DNA of 64,000 nucleotides from Phycisphaerae bacterium (GTDB taxonomy: Bacteria > Planctomycetota > Phycisphaerae > UBA1845). Location of the stretch: NCBI GenBank assembly GCA_963666835.2, contig CAXXGO010000006.1, positions 896,001-960,000 on the forward strand, given 5' to 3'. Of this stretch, positions 20,042-31,156 are shown in pieces (position 1 is the stretch's first letter; every line of letters begins with the position of its first letter). Under the pieces are notes generated by a model. It was not told the origin of the DNA. It ran no database searches and worked only from the letters and a program-made list of their open reading frames with translations. The position numbers and the translations under genes are program-made.

Positions 20042-21451
20042 CTACGAGTGGCTCATGAGATACTCGTGGATCGCCTTCGCACTGCCCTTTCCGTCGCCCA
20101 TGGCCAGAATGACCGTGGCACCACCGCGGACGATGTCGCCCCCGGCGAACACGCCCGGGATACTCGTCATGTTGTTATCGTCGACAATGATGTTACCCCA
20201 GCGGTTGAGCTCGAGCCCCGGGGTCGTCTGGGTCAGCAACGGATTCGCTCCGGTGCCGATCGCCTCGACGAACACCTGGCAGGGAATCTCGAATTCACTG
20301 CCGGCGATTGGCACGGGACGCCGCCGACCGGAGTCATCAGGCTCGCCCAGTCCCATTTTGATACACCGGACTGCGCGCACCCAGCCGTTCTCGTCGCCGA
20401 GAATCTCGATGGGGTTATTCAGCATCCGGAAGATCACGCCCTCTTCTTCGGCATGTTTGACTTCCTCGACCCGGGCCGGCATCTCCTCGCGCGAACGGCG
20501 GTAGACTAACGTTGCCGGGTTCGCCCCCAGGCGTTTCGCCGTACGCACAGAGTCCATGGCCGTGTTCCCGCCGCCCACGACGACGGCTTGGGCCGCGGTA
20601 ATCACCGGCGTGTCGGTCTCGCCGGAGCCGAACCGATAACCGCCCATCAGGTTGACGCGCGTCAGGAACTCGTTGGCCGAGTAAACCCCCTTGAGATGCT
20701 CGCCGGGGATACCTTGAAAGACCGGCAGCCCGGCCCCGTTGCCAATGAACACCGCATCGAAACCCTCTTCCTTCATCAGGTCGGGAATCGTATACGTCTG
20801 GCCGACAATCACATCGGTAAGGATCTCCACGCCGCGCGTCCGCAGAGTCTCGACTTCAGCTTCGACCACAATGTTGGGAAGCCTGAACTCCGGAATCCCG
20901 TAGACCAGCACCCCGCCGGCCTTGTGCAGAGCTTCGAAAACCGTAACGGCGTGGCCCATCTTCGCCAGCTCGCCCGCACAGGTAAGCCCGGCCGGCCCGG
21001 AGCCGACCACGGCCACCTTCTTACCGGTCGGCGGCGGAGGCTCGAAGAGATCCTTACGGTTCTCACGCGCCCAGTCGGCTACGAAACGCTCGAGATATCC
21101 CACGCCGACCGGCTCGCCCTTTTTTCCGCGGATGCACAGCTCCTCGCATTGCGTCTCCTGGGGACACACGCGCCCGGTGACTCCCGGAAGCACATTGGAC
21201 GCCAGCAGGATGTCCGCGGCCTTGTTGAGATCGTCTTCGGCCACAGCGCCAACAAAGCCGGCGATATCGATCCCGACGGGACAGCCCTCGACACATTTGG
21301 CGTCTTTGCACTGCAGGCAGCGCTGAGCCTCCTTCCGAGCGGTGGCCGGGTCGTAGCCGTCGTTGACTTCGCGGAAACAGGTAGCTCTCTCAACCGGGTC
21401 CTTCTCAGGCATCGGCTGACGGGGGATCTTCAAGCGTTCAGATGGTTTCAT
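20042..21451 (-). CDS. nfnB: NADH-dependent reduced ferredoxin:NADP+ oxidoreductase large subunit (GltD/SudA-like)
   Basis: RCLQC..CVEGCP, GRVCPQETQC, GSGPAG, GGGNTAMD and FAGGDIVRG; adjacent to nfnA. Confidence 0.88.
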   Translation of the reverse strand: MKPSERLKIPRQPMPEKDPVERATCFREVNDGYDPATARKEAQRCLQCKDAKCVEGCPVGIDIAGFVGAVAEDDLNKAADILLASNVLPGVTGRVCPQETQCEELCIRGKKGEPVGVGYLERFVADWARENRKDLFEPPPPTGKKVAVVGSGPAGLTCAGELAKMGHAVTVFEALHKAGGVLVYGIPEFRLPNIVVEAEVETLRTRGVEILTDVIVGQTYTIPDLMKEEGFDAVFIGNGAGLPVFQGIPGEHLKGVYSANEFLTRVNLMGGYRFGSGETDTPVITAAQAVVVGGGNTAMDSVRTAKRLGANPATLVYRRSREEMPARVEEVKHAEEEGVIFRMLNNPIEILGDENGWVRAVRCIKMGLGEPDDSGRRRPVPIAGSEFEIPCQVFVEAIGTGANPLLTQTTPGLELNRWGNIIVDDNNMTSIPGVFAGGDIVRGGATVILAMGDGKGSAKAIHEYLMSHS

Positions 21452-21514
21452 ATCCTGGTCATCACATCAACGGGCGAGCCCGCGGTTCGTTGACTGCTCA
21501 ACGATGAGCGTTCC

Positions 21515-22357
21515 TTACGGTTTATCACATTTACATTGATGAAGCCGGTCCCAGGCGATTCTCTCCTGGTCGCGGTAGGTGGTGAGCCGATCGACCAACT
21601 CGTCGAAGTCCACATCCTGGGCTTCAAACTCCGGGCCGTCAACGCAGGCGAATTTCATCTTACCGCCCACCGTTACCCGACAGCCACCGCACATGCCGGT
21701 TCCGTCGACCATGATCGGGTTGAGCGAGACAATCGTGCGGACCGAGAAGGCCGTGGTCACCTTCGCCACCGCCCGCATCATCGGTACCGGACCGGCGACC
21801 AGCACGGCCCCGATCTTGGCGCTTTTATCCTCCAGCAGCTCCTGGAGCTTGCCGGTAACGAAGCCGTTGTAGCCGTAGCTTCCGTCGTCAGTGCAGGGGT
21901 ATACGGCGTCGCAGTACTCGGCCAACTCCTTTTCAAAGATGACGTATTCCTTGGTCCGGCCGCCGATAACCGCCGACACCGTGTTGCCCGCCTTCTTGAG
22001 TGCCTTTGCCTGGGGGTTGACCACCGCGGTGCCGACGCCTCCGCCGACGAGAACGGCGTGACCGAAGTTCTCAATCTCCGTCGGCCGGCCCAGCGGGCCG
22101 ACGATGTTCAAGATACTGTCGCCCGCGTCGAGATCGCAAAGCTGTTCGGTAGTCGCGCCGACCACCTGCACTACGAGCGTGATGGTTCCCTCCTCAGCGT
22201 CCGAAGCGGCAACCGTCAACGGAATGCGTTCCCCATCCTCCCGAACTCGCAAGATAATGAAATGGCCGGGAAGATGACGCTTGGCGATCCGCGGGGCTTC
22301 TACCACGAACTGCCGAACCTTAGGGGCCAACCAATCGGCCTTGCGTATCACAAACAT
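21515..22357 (-). CDS. nfnA: Nfn small subunit (SudB-like FAD/[2Fe-2S])
   Basis: GERIPLT, GPLG, GGGVG, MVDGTGMCGGCR and CVDGPEF. Confidence 0.9.
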   Translation of the reverse strand: MFVIRKADWLAPKVRQFVVEAPRIAKRHLPGHFIILRVREDGERIPLTVAASDAEEGTITLVVQVVGATTEQLCDLDAGDSILNIVGPLGRPTEIENFGHAVLVGGGVGTAVVNPQAKALKKAGNTVSAVIGGRTKEYVIFEKELAEYCDAVYPCTDDGSYGYNGFVTGKLQELLEDKSAKIGAVLVAGPVPMMRAVAKVTTAFSVRTIVSLNPIMVDGTGMCGGCRVTVGGKMKFACVDGPEFEAQDVDFDELVDRLTTYRDQERIAWDRLHQCKCDKP

Positions 22358-22924
22358 GAGTACCTCTTGCCAAAAAATCCAGTTGCAGTGCCGCAAGGCT
22401 TGAGGCGATTAGACCCCCGCCGGCGACGCTTCACTTTGAATCCGGCGCCGAGCCCGTTCCGATTGGGCGTAGGCTGCACGCCACCGCCGCTAGGCCATCC
22501 GTCCTGCCTACATCAACGCGGCTCGCCCTATCCTGTCCTAACAGAGGATCTCGTTCGGACCTTGCCGATTCTCCGATACTACCCGCACGACAACACGGGA
22601 ATGTGCCCTTGTACAGGCAATTCGGATAGGTGGCAAGCCAAGGTTCGGCCTCCCCAGGCCGCAGAGTGCTCTTAAGAAAATGCGGCAGGAACGGTCCCAG
22701 TTGCCGGTACTGGCTTGCTCCAGAGGGTCGTACGGCGCGCGAGTCCTGGAACGACCGGACCGAGACCCGCTCGGCCGAAGCTGCTTGCACGCGGGCTCGG
22801 CAGACCCGACACCTCTCGGATTTGCGCGCAAAGAAACCGCACGGTACCCGGATGCGCCGGCTTCCGCGTCCCAACCTGAACCCAATCGGAATGGCCGGGT
22901 TCGGTGCCTCTGCGGGTGGTCCGG

Positions 22925-23377
22925 CTATCGTCGCTTAGCCGCTGGGCGACGCAGCTTCACTTTCATGTCACGGCGGGTGGTTCGGGTTGCCTCCACCACT
23001 TTCATGGCTTTTTTGATGTCCGGGACCTTCAGGACCATCGTGGTCTTACCGCCCCGGGCCCCACCGGTGCAGTACATGTAACCGATATTGATATGCGCCG
23101 CCGAGAGCCGGTCGCACAGGTCTGCTGCCGCTCCCGGACGGTTGGACAGAGTAACGGCAAGGACCTCGGCCTCGGAGCACGGCACGTTGAGGCTGTGGAA
23201 TACAGTGCGGGCTTCCGCTGGATCGTCCACGATCAACCGGAGCACCCCGTGCTCCATCGAGTCCATCATGGCGATCGTTCGGATGTTGACCTTAGCCTTG
23301 GCGAGTTCGCGGAACACTCTGGACAACACACCCGGTCGGTTAACCAGAAACACGGAAAATTGAACGCACTTCTCCAT
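22925..23377 (-). CDS. Tandem ACT-domain protein
   Basis: QFSVFLVNRPGVL...LRLIVDD and LSNRPGAAA...INIGYMY. Confidence 0.85.
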   Translation of the reverse strand: MEKCVQFSVFLVNRPGVLSRVFRELAKAKVNIRTIAMMDSMEHGVLRLIVDDPAEARTVFHSLNVPCSEAEVLAVTLSNRPGAAADLCDRLSAAHINIGYMYCTGGARGGKTTMVLKVPDIKKAMKVVEATRTTRRDMKVKLRRPAAKRR

Positions 23378-23859
23378 CAGTGGTCTCCCGTTCTTGGGGC
23401 CTCGCACCGGCGCGCAAACCTCCTTGCGCACCCGCTGACACCGAAACGCAGCAGCCTTTGAATCTTCGAAAACCAGTCAGAGCCCGGACACTAGCGGACG
23501 AGGCAGATGAGATGATTGTAGCCTCCCGAACGTTCGAACGGATCCGTCGCAATTCGCCTCCTGCTCTCCCGGCCACGCGGGCTACGCCTGCCCCGAGCCG
23601 GTCCTGCGATCGGGTGAAACCGATTGATGCGGCTGGCCCACACCCGTCGGTCCACCAACGTCCCTTGCCAGTATATTCCAGGTCCGCCCAAGCTCCAAGA
23701 CACGAAACGCCAGCAATTGCAGTCGCGCCCCGAATCCGCAGCACATGCGCGCAATCAAGAGTCTCGAACAAGTTCATCGGTAAAAAGAGCGGTGCCCCGG
23801 CAGCGGTATTAGCCGCCACCGAGGCACCGGTTGTCAGACCTAGTCAATCAGGCCGCGGC

Positions 23860-25062
23860 CTAGTGGCCGGAGGGCTTGGCGATTCCGATTGTCGGGACGT
23901 TCGGATAAACCGCCCCGGCATCAATGGCCAGAATCCGGTTGTCGCCGGTGACGTCCTTACGCGGATCCCAGCACGGGAGCGTCGTGTTCACGCACGGCAC
24001 CGCCGGGTAAACCGCACCGGCATCAAGAGCCAGTACGCGAGCGTTGTCGTCCACATCACCCATCAAGACCAGATAGTGAACCTCGAACGGGTCCACGCCG
24101 GCCCAACTGCCGTCATTGGTGATCGCAATCCACGTATTGTGAGTCAGATTCGCGCCAACCTCCTGCACCATCAAAGTCATCGCGTCACCCGCGTCAATCG
24201 TGAAGGTGAAGCTGCCGGACAGGTCCGGACCGAACGCACCACCGGCCAACATCTGGCGGATCTTAAGATCGCCCGCGGCCGGCACGGCCGGGACGTCGCA
24301 GTCCAATGTCAGCAAAGCGTAGTTGTTCTGCGTCCGCCATAGGCTGTGCTCGTGCTCCGGCCAAGCGGAATCTAAGCTGCAAACGTCGATCACATTGACC
24401 GTCAGTTCCGTAACCGTACCCACGCCGGCGGCTTCCGTGGCCCAGAAAGGCACGCCGGTTTCATACTGCTGAATCACATTCGCGAACGGAACATTCGGGG
24501 CCGCGTTCATGATGCGGAGGTAGTAGGTGCCCACCGTCATCGGAGCAGTCAGCGAACCGGTGAGCAAGACCTGCGGGCTCCCCAAAGCAGCAACGTCGGT
24601 GATTACCGTACCGACCGGAAAAGCCGCAACCGGCTCGCAGACATTGCTAACGCAGTTGGACCCGCTCGGGCAGTCATCATTGTCGTCGCACAGCACTTGC
24701 CCGTTCATGATGGTGTTCTGAGCACCACCGCACTGGATCAGCTTGCCGGACTGCACGGTACCACCGTACCCGGCCGGGTTCGTGATCCCGAGGTTCCGCA
24801 CGAAGTTGTTCATCGGGGCAGTCGTGGGCGTATCCGCCTGAGCGAGATCCCCACCGGTGAATTCGAGGTCGAATCCCACCAGAGCAAGACCTTCGTTCGC
24901 AGTATCCGTCAACTCGCCGATCACGGTGTAGTCCACGGTCGCACCCGGGCCCACGTTTACCGTCGACTCACCACCCGACTTAACCGTCAGATTGATATCC
25001 GTTGCCGTGGCGACCGAGCCGCACAAGGCCACCGCCAACGCAAAGACCAACATCCTCTTCAT
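23860..25062 (-). CDS. Secreted protein with a cohesin-like N-terminal domain and a dockerin-like C-terminus
   Basis: Signal peptide, a beta-rich VGPGATVDYTV...GFDLEF region, a Cys-rich insert, and paired GDVDDNARVLALDA / DVTGDNRILAIDA repeats. Confidence 0.6.
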   Translation of the reverse strand: MKRMLVFALAVALCGSVATATDINLTVKSGGESTVNVGPGATVDYTVIGELTDTANEGLALVGFDLEFTGGDLAQADTPTTAPMNNFVRNLGITNPAGYGGTVQSGKLIQCGGAQNTIMNGQVLCDDNDDCPSGSNCVSNVCEPVAAFPVGTVITDVAALGSPQVLLTGSLTAPMTVGTYYLRIMNAAPNVPFANVIQQYETGVPFWATEAAGVGTVTELTVNVIDVCSLDSAWPEHEHSLWRTQNNYALLTLDCDVPAVPAAGDLKIRQMLAGGAFGPDLSGSFTFTIDAGDAMTLMVQEVGANLTHNTWIAITNDGSWAGVDPFEVHYLVLMGDVDDNARVLALDAGAVYPAVPCVNTTLPCWDPRKDVTGDNRILAIDAGAVYPNVPTIGIAKPSGH

Positions 25063-25515
25063 AACATCCGCTCCATTAAGAAAAGCGTGGGTCCGACCCA
25101 CACCGTGCCAAAAAAGACAACCAACGTAAACGGCAACCCAGGGCCTTTTCGCCACCTTGGCCGCGACCTGCGGCACCGGGGGCAACCCTGGACCACCTCC
25201 ACTACCAAACATGTCGCATGCGACCGCGTCAGGCGCGACTTTTTATTCCCATAAACCAAAGAAGTGCCTGACACTACACTGCAGGACAACGTTGGAAGAA
25301 CTGATTCTGTAGCACTTACATCATGGATTTCTCTGTGTGACTATTTGGGACGGATCAGGCGGAGGTTCTGCTCAGATTGCCGGCGAGGTACGTAGCGGGT
25401 TCGGGAAGACGGCTCGCCACCGGTGCGAGGGAACTCCCACATCAAGGATGCCGTAGGGAGCGGGAGCGATCGTAGCGTTTGACGACTCGATTGGCTTAGG
25501 CGACGCTATCGGACC

Positions 25516-27222
25516 ATGACCCCTCTTCAGTTTACCCGTAGCGTGCGCAGCCTTAACCGTCTGCGGCACATTGCCAGGGTTCTTACCCAGCACGGGTTCG
25601 GGCACATTGTCGCCCAACTCAATCTCGCGCGGTTCGTGCCGGTGTGGATGCTGCGGCGTAAGACCCGCGCCGCGCGGGTCGACGAGCGCCCGTCGTCCAT
25701 TGGACGACACCTGGCCGAGGCGTGTGCGGAGCTGGGCCCCGCCTTCATCAAGCTCGCCCAGCTTGTCAGCACTCGCCCCGACATCGTGCCGACGGAGGTG
25801 GTCGAGGAACTGCGGACTCTGCAGGATGACGTGCCGCCGTTTGATACCGCGGAGGCGATGGCAATCATCGCCGCGCAGGTCGGTCGCCCCGTCGAGGAGT
25901 GCTTTGACTGGATTGGTGACACTCCGATTGCCAGCGGCTCGATCGGACAGGTGTACAAGGCGCGGGCTCACGATGGCACCGAGCGCGTTGTGAAGGTCCG
26001 CCGCCCGCATATCGAGGAGACGATCACGCTCGATATGCAGCTTCTTCGCTGGCTGGCCGAGTCGCTGGAGAGCCTGCTGCCGGAGGCGCGGAGCTTCCGC
26101 CCGGTGATGTTCGTCAATGAGCTCGAACAGACGCTCAAGCGCGAGTTGGATTACGTGAACGAAGCTTCGGCTACCGCCCGCTTTCGGGAGGCGTTCGCAG
26201 GAGTGCCGGGCATCCGCATTCCCGCGGTCGATTGGGATCTATCGGGTCCGAGCGTGCTGACCCTCGAAGCTCTCCCGGGTACGAATGTAGACCGGATGCT
26301 CGAGCGCTCGGATGGCGAGGCCGAACCGATTGATCGGCGGCTGGTAGCCCGGCGGCTCGCAGATGCATACGTCCGTCAGGTCTTTGACCTGGGCCAATTC
26401 CACGCCGATCCGCACCCCGGGAACATCCTGGTCGAGCCGGTGGCGCGGGTTGGGCTTATCGACTTCGGACAGGTCGGCACGATCACCGACGAGCTGATGA
26501 CACAGTTGATCGTCATCGTCTACGCGTGCGTGAATAATGAGCTTGACGTGGTGATCGATACGTTGGCCGACATGGGTGCGGTCGGACGTGAGACCGACCG
26601 GGGCAGTTTGCACCGGGCGCTACAGGCGCTACTCGACAAATACCACGGCCTGCCGATCAAACGTTTCGACTTACCGACGGTGCTCGCGGAGTTTACCGAC
26701 GTCGTCCGCCGGCACGACGTGCTGATCCCGCGGGATTTGATGATGCTGTTCAAGGCGATTGGGACGGTCTCGGGGGTCGTGATCCGGTTGGACGCCGATC
26801 TCGATATGCTCGAACTGCTTCAGCCGCGGCTCAAGGAGGCCTTATCTAAAAGGTTCTCTCCGGCGCGACTCGCCCGGGCGGCGGCGCTGGTGGGTTGGGA
26901 TATGGTCAGCATCGCCCGTCAAGCCCCGCGCTATCTTCGCCAGATGATGCGTCGGGTATCAGCGGGAACGTGGCGCCTCGACATTCGGCATCAGAATATC
27001 GACCGGTTGATCCGCGAGCTGGATCGCTCCAGCAACCGGCTTGCCTTTTCGATCGTTATCGCAGCCATCATCGTGGGCAGCTCCGTCGTCATCAGCGCCG
27101 ACAGCGCTTTGACTTTGTTCGGGATCCAGGTGCAGCACTTCGGGGCTGTCGGTTATCTGATCGCAGGGATACTCGGCTTGGCGTTGAGCTGGGCCATTCT
27201 CCGAAGCGGACGGCTGCACTGA
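25516..27222 (+). CDS. AarF/UbiB/ABC1 family kinase
   Basis: LGPAFIKLAQ, ASGSIGQVY, FHADPHPGN and IDFG; two C-terminal TM helices. Confidence 0.92.
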   Translation: MTPLQFTRSVRSLNRLRHIARVLTQHGFGHIVAQLNLARFVPVWMLRRKTRAARVDERPSSIGRHLAEACAELGPAFIKLAQLVSTRPDIVPTEVVEELRTLQDDVPPFDTAEAMAIIAAQVGRPVEECFDWIGDTPIASGSIGQVYKARAHDGTERVVKVRRPHIEETITLDMQLLRWLAESLESLLPEARSFRPVMFVNELEQTLKRELDYVNEASATARFREAFAGVPGIRIPAVDWDLSGPSVLTLEALPGTNVDRMLERSDGEAEPIDRRLVARRLADAYVRQVFDLGQFHADPHPGNILVEPVARVGLIDFGQVGTITDELMTQLIVIVYACVNNELDVVIDTLADMGAVGRETDRGSLHRALQALLDKYHGLPIKRFDLPTVLAEFTDVVRRHDVLIPRDLMMLFKAIGTVSGVVIRLDADLDMLELLQPRLKEALSKRFSPARLARAAALVGWDMVSIARQAPRYLRQMMRRVSAGTWRLDIRHQNIDRLIRELDRSSNRLAFSIVIAAIIVGSSVVISADSALTLFGIQVQHFGAVGYLIAGILGLALSWAILRSGRLH

Positions 27223-27391
27223 CGACGGCGTGGAATACCTCCTCGACGAAAATGCGCGTAGAATGTGCCACCGGCACACGACGGAGGGCGGGGTCGCGGC
27301 TGGTCCCGAGGTTCCGCGGTGTTCGACTCGGCGGGGCACGTGTCCGCGCCGGCCTTGATTAGTCCGTATCAAGCGCAAGCTGGAACTCGGC

Positions 27392-29332
27392 ATGACGATT
27401 AGACTCCGACTGACGATGGCCGTCATTGCCGTGATCTTTGTAGCCAACGCGCTGCTGTCGATGTTCACCGTCAAGTACATCAGCCGGGTCTGGCTGGAGC
27501 AGGTCCAGACCAGCGTGAGCCTGGATCTCAACTCCGCCCGAGCTGCGTACAACAACCATATCGAGGGGATCGCTCAGTTCCTCGAGGCGGTCTGCCTTGA
27601 TCGCCGGATCGCTTCCGCCTTGGCGGACGGCGACGGTGAGACATTGGATCGGCTCTTGGAGGTCGTGTATTCGCGCGGGGGGATGGACATTCTGGTTGTG
27701 CTCGACGCCGAGGGACGAGTGTGCTATCGCCCCCGCAACCCGGAGAGCCGCGCCGAGAGTATGCAATCGAACCCCATCGTCGCGAGGGTACTCGAGCAGA
27801 GAATTCCGTTTTCCGGGACCATAATCCTGTCCCGTGAGTCCCTGGAGAGGGAGGGGGCGGACTTGGCCGCACGAGCCCGGTTCACGCTTCTTCCCACCCC
27901 GGCCGCACGACCTACCGAGGACACGGTTCGAGAAGACGGTATGGTCCTCGCTGCGGCCGTGCCCATTCTGGACTCGCACGGGACCATGCTGGGAGTGCTT
28001 TACGGCGGAGACCTTCTGAACCGGCGTTATGAGATCGTTGATGAGATCAAGGACGAGGTATTCCCCCACAAGGTGTACGAAGGTCGGCAGGTCGGTACGG
28101 TGACGGTCTTCCAGGGGGACCTTCGGGTCTCTACCAACGTTACGCGGGCTGACGGTACGCGGGCGGTGGGGACGCGGCTCAGTGACGCGGTTCACGGCAA
28201 GGTCCTCGAAGAGGGCAGCATCTGGGCCGATCGAGCGTTTGTAGTCAATGACTGGTACATCACCGCTTACGAGCCGATTAGGGACCCGGGAGGCCGGATA
28301 ATCGGGGCTCTCTACGTTGGCCTGTTGGAGGCTCCGTTTGCCGATCGGGAGAGCGCGATTGTCGGGATGTTCCTGGTGGCGGTCATCGCGACTACGTTAA
28401 CGAGCCTGGCCCTGATCTTCTTCGTTACCGAGTTGGTTCTTAGGCCGATCGGGCGCATTGTCTCGATGTCCCAGCATGTGGTCCGAGGCGACTTGACCGC
28501 TCGGGTGGGAATTCGTCCGCCGGGGGAAATGGGCAGGTTATGCCAGGCTATTGATGCCATGGCCAACGCCGTCAGCCTTCGCGAAGCCCAGTTGAAATTG
28601 GCGACCAGGCAGCACATCGGTCGCACGGAGAAACTGGCGTCAATCGGACGGCTTTCGGCGGGTATCGCACACGAGATCAACAATCCGCTCACCGGAGTCC
28701 TGACTTTCGCTCACCTTCTGCGGCAGAAGGAGAACATGACGGAGCAGGACCAGCAGGATCTCGATGTGATTATCAAAGAGACCTCGCGAGTCGGTGAAAT
28801 CGTTAAGGGGTTGCTGGACTTTGCAAGGGAAAGACCGTCGATCAAGGAGCAACTGGACATAAACCAGGTCGTCGGGCAGACGATGAAGCTGATCCGGAGC
28901 CAGAAGCAGATCGAGCAGATTAAGATCGTCGAGAGTCTGACGGACGAGCTGCCGAAGATCGTCGGGGACGAGAATCAGCTTCAGCAAGTATTGTTGAATG
29001 TCCTCTTGAATGGGTGCGAGGCCATGCCGAACGGAGGGACCCTGACGGTCAGCACCACGGCGCATGACGGCAAGGTCTATGTAGATGTGGTCGATACGGG
29101 TTGTGGCATCAGTCGAGAGCATCTCGACGAGATCTTCGAGCCTTTCTTTAGTACTAAGCCCGTTGGCAAGGGTACGGGCTTGGGGTTGAGTGTGAGTTAC
29201 GGTATCATCCGACAGCATCAAGGCAGCCTGGAGGTGGAAAGCGAGGAAGGACGAGGGACCACGCTGACGATCATCCTGCCTGCGGCCGCGAGTGCTCAAT
29301 CCCCGAAGGACGACGAGAAGAAGGACCTATGA
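27392..29332 (+). CDS. Cache/HAMP sensor histidine kinase
   Basis: Two TM helices, a Cache region (RVSTNV..RAVGT..YEPI), HAMP, AHEINNPL and GKGTGLGL. Confidence 0.92.
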   Translation: MTIRLRLTMAVIAVIFVANALLSMFTVKYISRVWLEQVQTSVSLDLNSARAAYNNHIEGIAQFLEAVCLDRRIASALADGDGETLDRLLEVVYSRGGMDILVVLDAEGRVCYRPRNPESRAESMQSNPIVARVLEQRIPFSGTIILSRESLEREGADLAARARFTLLPTPAARPTEDTVREDGMVLAAAVPILDSHGTMLGVLYGGDLLNRRYEIVDEIKDEVFPHKVYEGRQVGTVTVFQGDLRVSTNVTRADGTRAVGTRLSDAVHGKVLEEGSIWADRAFVVNDWYITAYEPIRDPGGRIIGALYVGLLEAPFADRESAIVGMFLVAVIATTLTSLALIFFVTELVLRPIGRIVSMSQHVVRGDLTARVGIRPPGEMGRLCQAIDAMANAVSLREAQLKLATRQHIGRTEKLASIGRLSAGIAHEINNPLTGVLTFAHLLRQKENMTEQDQQDLDVIIKETSRVGEIVKGLLDFARERPSIKEQLDINQVVGQTMKLIRSQKQIEQIKIVESLTDELPKIVGDENQLQQVLLNVLLNGCEAMPNGGTLTVSTTAHDGKVYVDVVDTGCGISREHLDEIFEPFFSTKPVGKGTGLGLSVSYGIIRQHQGSLEVESEEGRGTTLTIILPAAASAQSPKDDEKKDL

Positions 29333-30768
29333 GTATCCCTGAATCGGAACAGGAACTCTGTCCCGCTCAGCAAAGAGTCCTGGTCATAGATGACGAGGCC
29401 TTGATTGGTCTGAGTTGCCACCGGGCGCTCACGCCGGAAGGGTACGACGTCGACACGCGGGACGACCCCCAGGTCGGGTTACAGGTAGCGTTATCCGGTG
29501 AGTACGACATCATTCTCGTCGACCTGATGATGCCGGGGATGTCCGGCTTAGAGGTGCTCCGCCGGATCAAGGCTGCCGGGGTTACGTCGGAGGTTGTGAT
29601 AATCACGGGGCACTCCACGGTGGAATCGGCCGTCGAGGCTATGAAAGAGGGGGCGGCCGACTATCTGAGCAAGCCGTTCTCGCCGGCCCAGCTCCGCATC
29701 GTGGTCGAGAAGGTCTCCGAGCGTTCGGCGCTTATGCGCGAAAACGCGGCTCTTCGCCGGGAGCTGGAGATTCACAAGGGGTTTGAGGGCATCATCGGTG
29801 AGAGCCGGTCGATGGAGCGGGTGTTCTCGGTCTGCAAGCGAGTCGCCCCAACCGATAGCACCGTCTTGGTTACCGGAGAGAGCGGCACGGGCAAGGAGAT
29901 GTTCGTTCGGGCGATTCATCATCTCAGCCGTCGCAAGGACGCTCCGCTACTGGCCTGCGACTGCAGCTCGTTGGCTCCGACCCTGCTGGAAAGCGAGTTG
30001 TTCGGCCACGTCAAGGGGTCGTTCTCGGGTGCGGTCGCCACCAAGCAGGGTTTGTTCGAGGCCGCTAATAAGGGCACGCTGTTTCTGGACGAAGTCTCGA
30101 ATCTGAGCATGGAGACGCAGGCGAAGTTGCTGCGGGTTCTGGAGACCCAGAGGGTCCGCAAAGTGGGCGATACCGCGGAGCTTGCAATCAACATTCGGCT
30201 TATCGCGGCCACGAATCGCGACCTCTCGGAGATGGTCAAGGAGGAGTCCTTTCGCGAGGACCTCTATTATCGGCTTAACGTCGTACCGGTGTATCTTCCT
30301 CCGCTTCGGGAACGTCAGGGAGACATTGCCCGTCTGGCAATGACCTTTCTTGACCGATGTCGCAAGATCTCAGGGTCCACCGTGCGGGGATTCACGCCGG
30401 ACGCAATGGCCAAGATGGAAAGCTACCACTGGCCGGGCAACGTTCGTGAACTGAGGAACATTGTGGAGCGTATCAGCGTTCTCTGTGACTCGGAGTCAAT
30501 CGAGCTGTGGCATCTCCCCACCGAGATCCGCCAGGTATCGTCGTTCGCGTCCGTCTCGCAGCTTCCGCATCAGTGGGAGGAGTTCCGCAAGATCAAGCAG
30601 CAAGCGCGGGACGCGGCGGGTCAGGAGTTGGAACGTCGTTTTCTGACCGAGGCGTTGGAGCGTTGTGAAGGCAACGTCAGCAAGGCGGCGAAGGACGTGG
30701 GCATGCAGCGCACCAACTTTCACGCCCTGATGCGCAAGTACGGTTTGAGCGCCGACACCGTCTCCTGA
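29329..30768 (+). CDS. NtrC-type sigma-54-dependent response regulator
   Basis: REC domain, GESGTGKE, ESELFGHVKGSFSGA, WPGNVREL and a C-terminal HTH. Confidence 0.95.
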   Translation: MSIPESEQELCPAQQRVLVIDDEALIGLSCHRALTPEGYDVDTRDDPQVGLQVALSGEYDIILVDLMMPGMSGLEVLRRIKAAGVTSEVVIITGHSTVESAVEAMKEGAADYLSKPFSPAQLRIVVEKVSERSALMRENAALRRELEIHKGFEGIIGESRSMERVFSVCKRVAPTDSTVLVTGESGTGKEMFVRAIHHLSRRKDAPLLACDCSSLAPTLLESELFGHVKGSFSGAVATKQGLFEAANKGTLFLDEVSNLSMETQAKLLRVLETQRVRKVGDTAELAINIRLIAATNRDLSEMVKEESFREDLYYRLNVVPVYLPPLRERQGDIARLAMTFLDRCRKISGSTVRGFTPDAMAKMESYHWPGNVRELRNIVERISVLCDSESIELWHLPTEIRQVSSFASVSQLPHQWEEFRKIKQQARDAAGQELERRFLTEALERCEGNVSKAAKDVGMQRTNFHALMRKYGLSADTVS

Positions 30769-31094
30769 CCCGGATTGCATCTTCCTCATAGACTCCATTC
30801 TCAGCCGGTGGAAGGTCCGCCTAACAAGATCGCGCGCCATACAGTGTATGGTCGCGGCATACACATCTTACGCCGAAGCTAGTCTCGTCAGCACAACCGG
30901 CGATCATCGTTTTGGTGGCATGCAAGTCGCGGTCTACCCGGACGTCGAATGAGTCCGATCGCTGTTTCCAGCTCCTCAGTCGCGATATTACCGGCCTTTA
31001 CCCACGCTTGCCGACGCCGCTTCACGGAGTCGCGGCGGCTGGCCGGCTCCTGCAGCGACGCGGTTATGTCACCTCGAGAGAGAGTTATTTCTTC

Positions 31095-31110
31095 TGGCAC
31101 GCCCGTTGCT
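31095..31110 (+). promoter_or_regulatory. Sigma-54 (-24/-12) promoter
   Basis: TGGCACGCCCGTTGCT is a consensus match about 46 nt before ATG 31157. A weaker GG-N10-GC lies at 30916-30930. Confidence 0.8.
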
Positions 31111-31156
31111 CTAACCATGGTTCGGACGCGGAAGAGAAGCCGTTGAAGGGCAAGCG

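Noticed and set aside
20042..21451. Glutamate synthase small subunit call
   Set aside because: There is no gltB nearby, and the adjacent SudB/NfnA gene indicates NfnAB.
22400..22920. Long intergenic gaps (also 57740-58350) as possible RNA genes or riboswitches
   Set aside because: I could not recognise any tRNA, rRNA or riboswitch consensus by eye; an Rfam scan would be needed.
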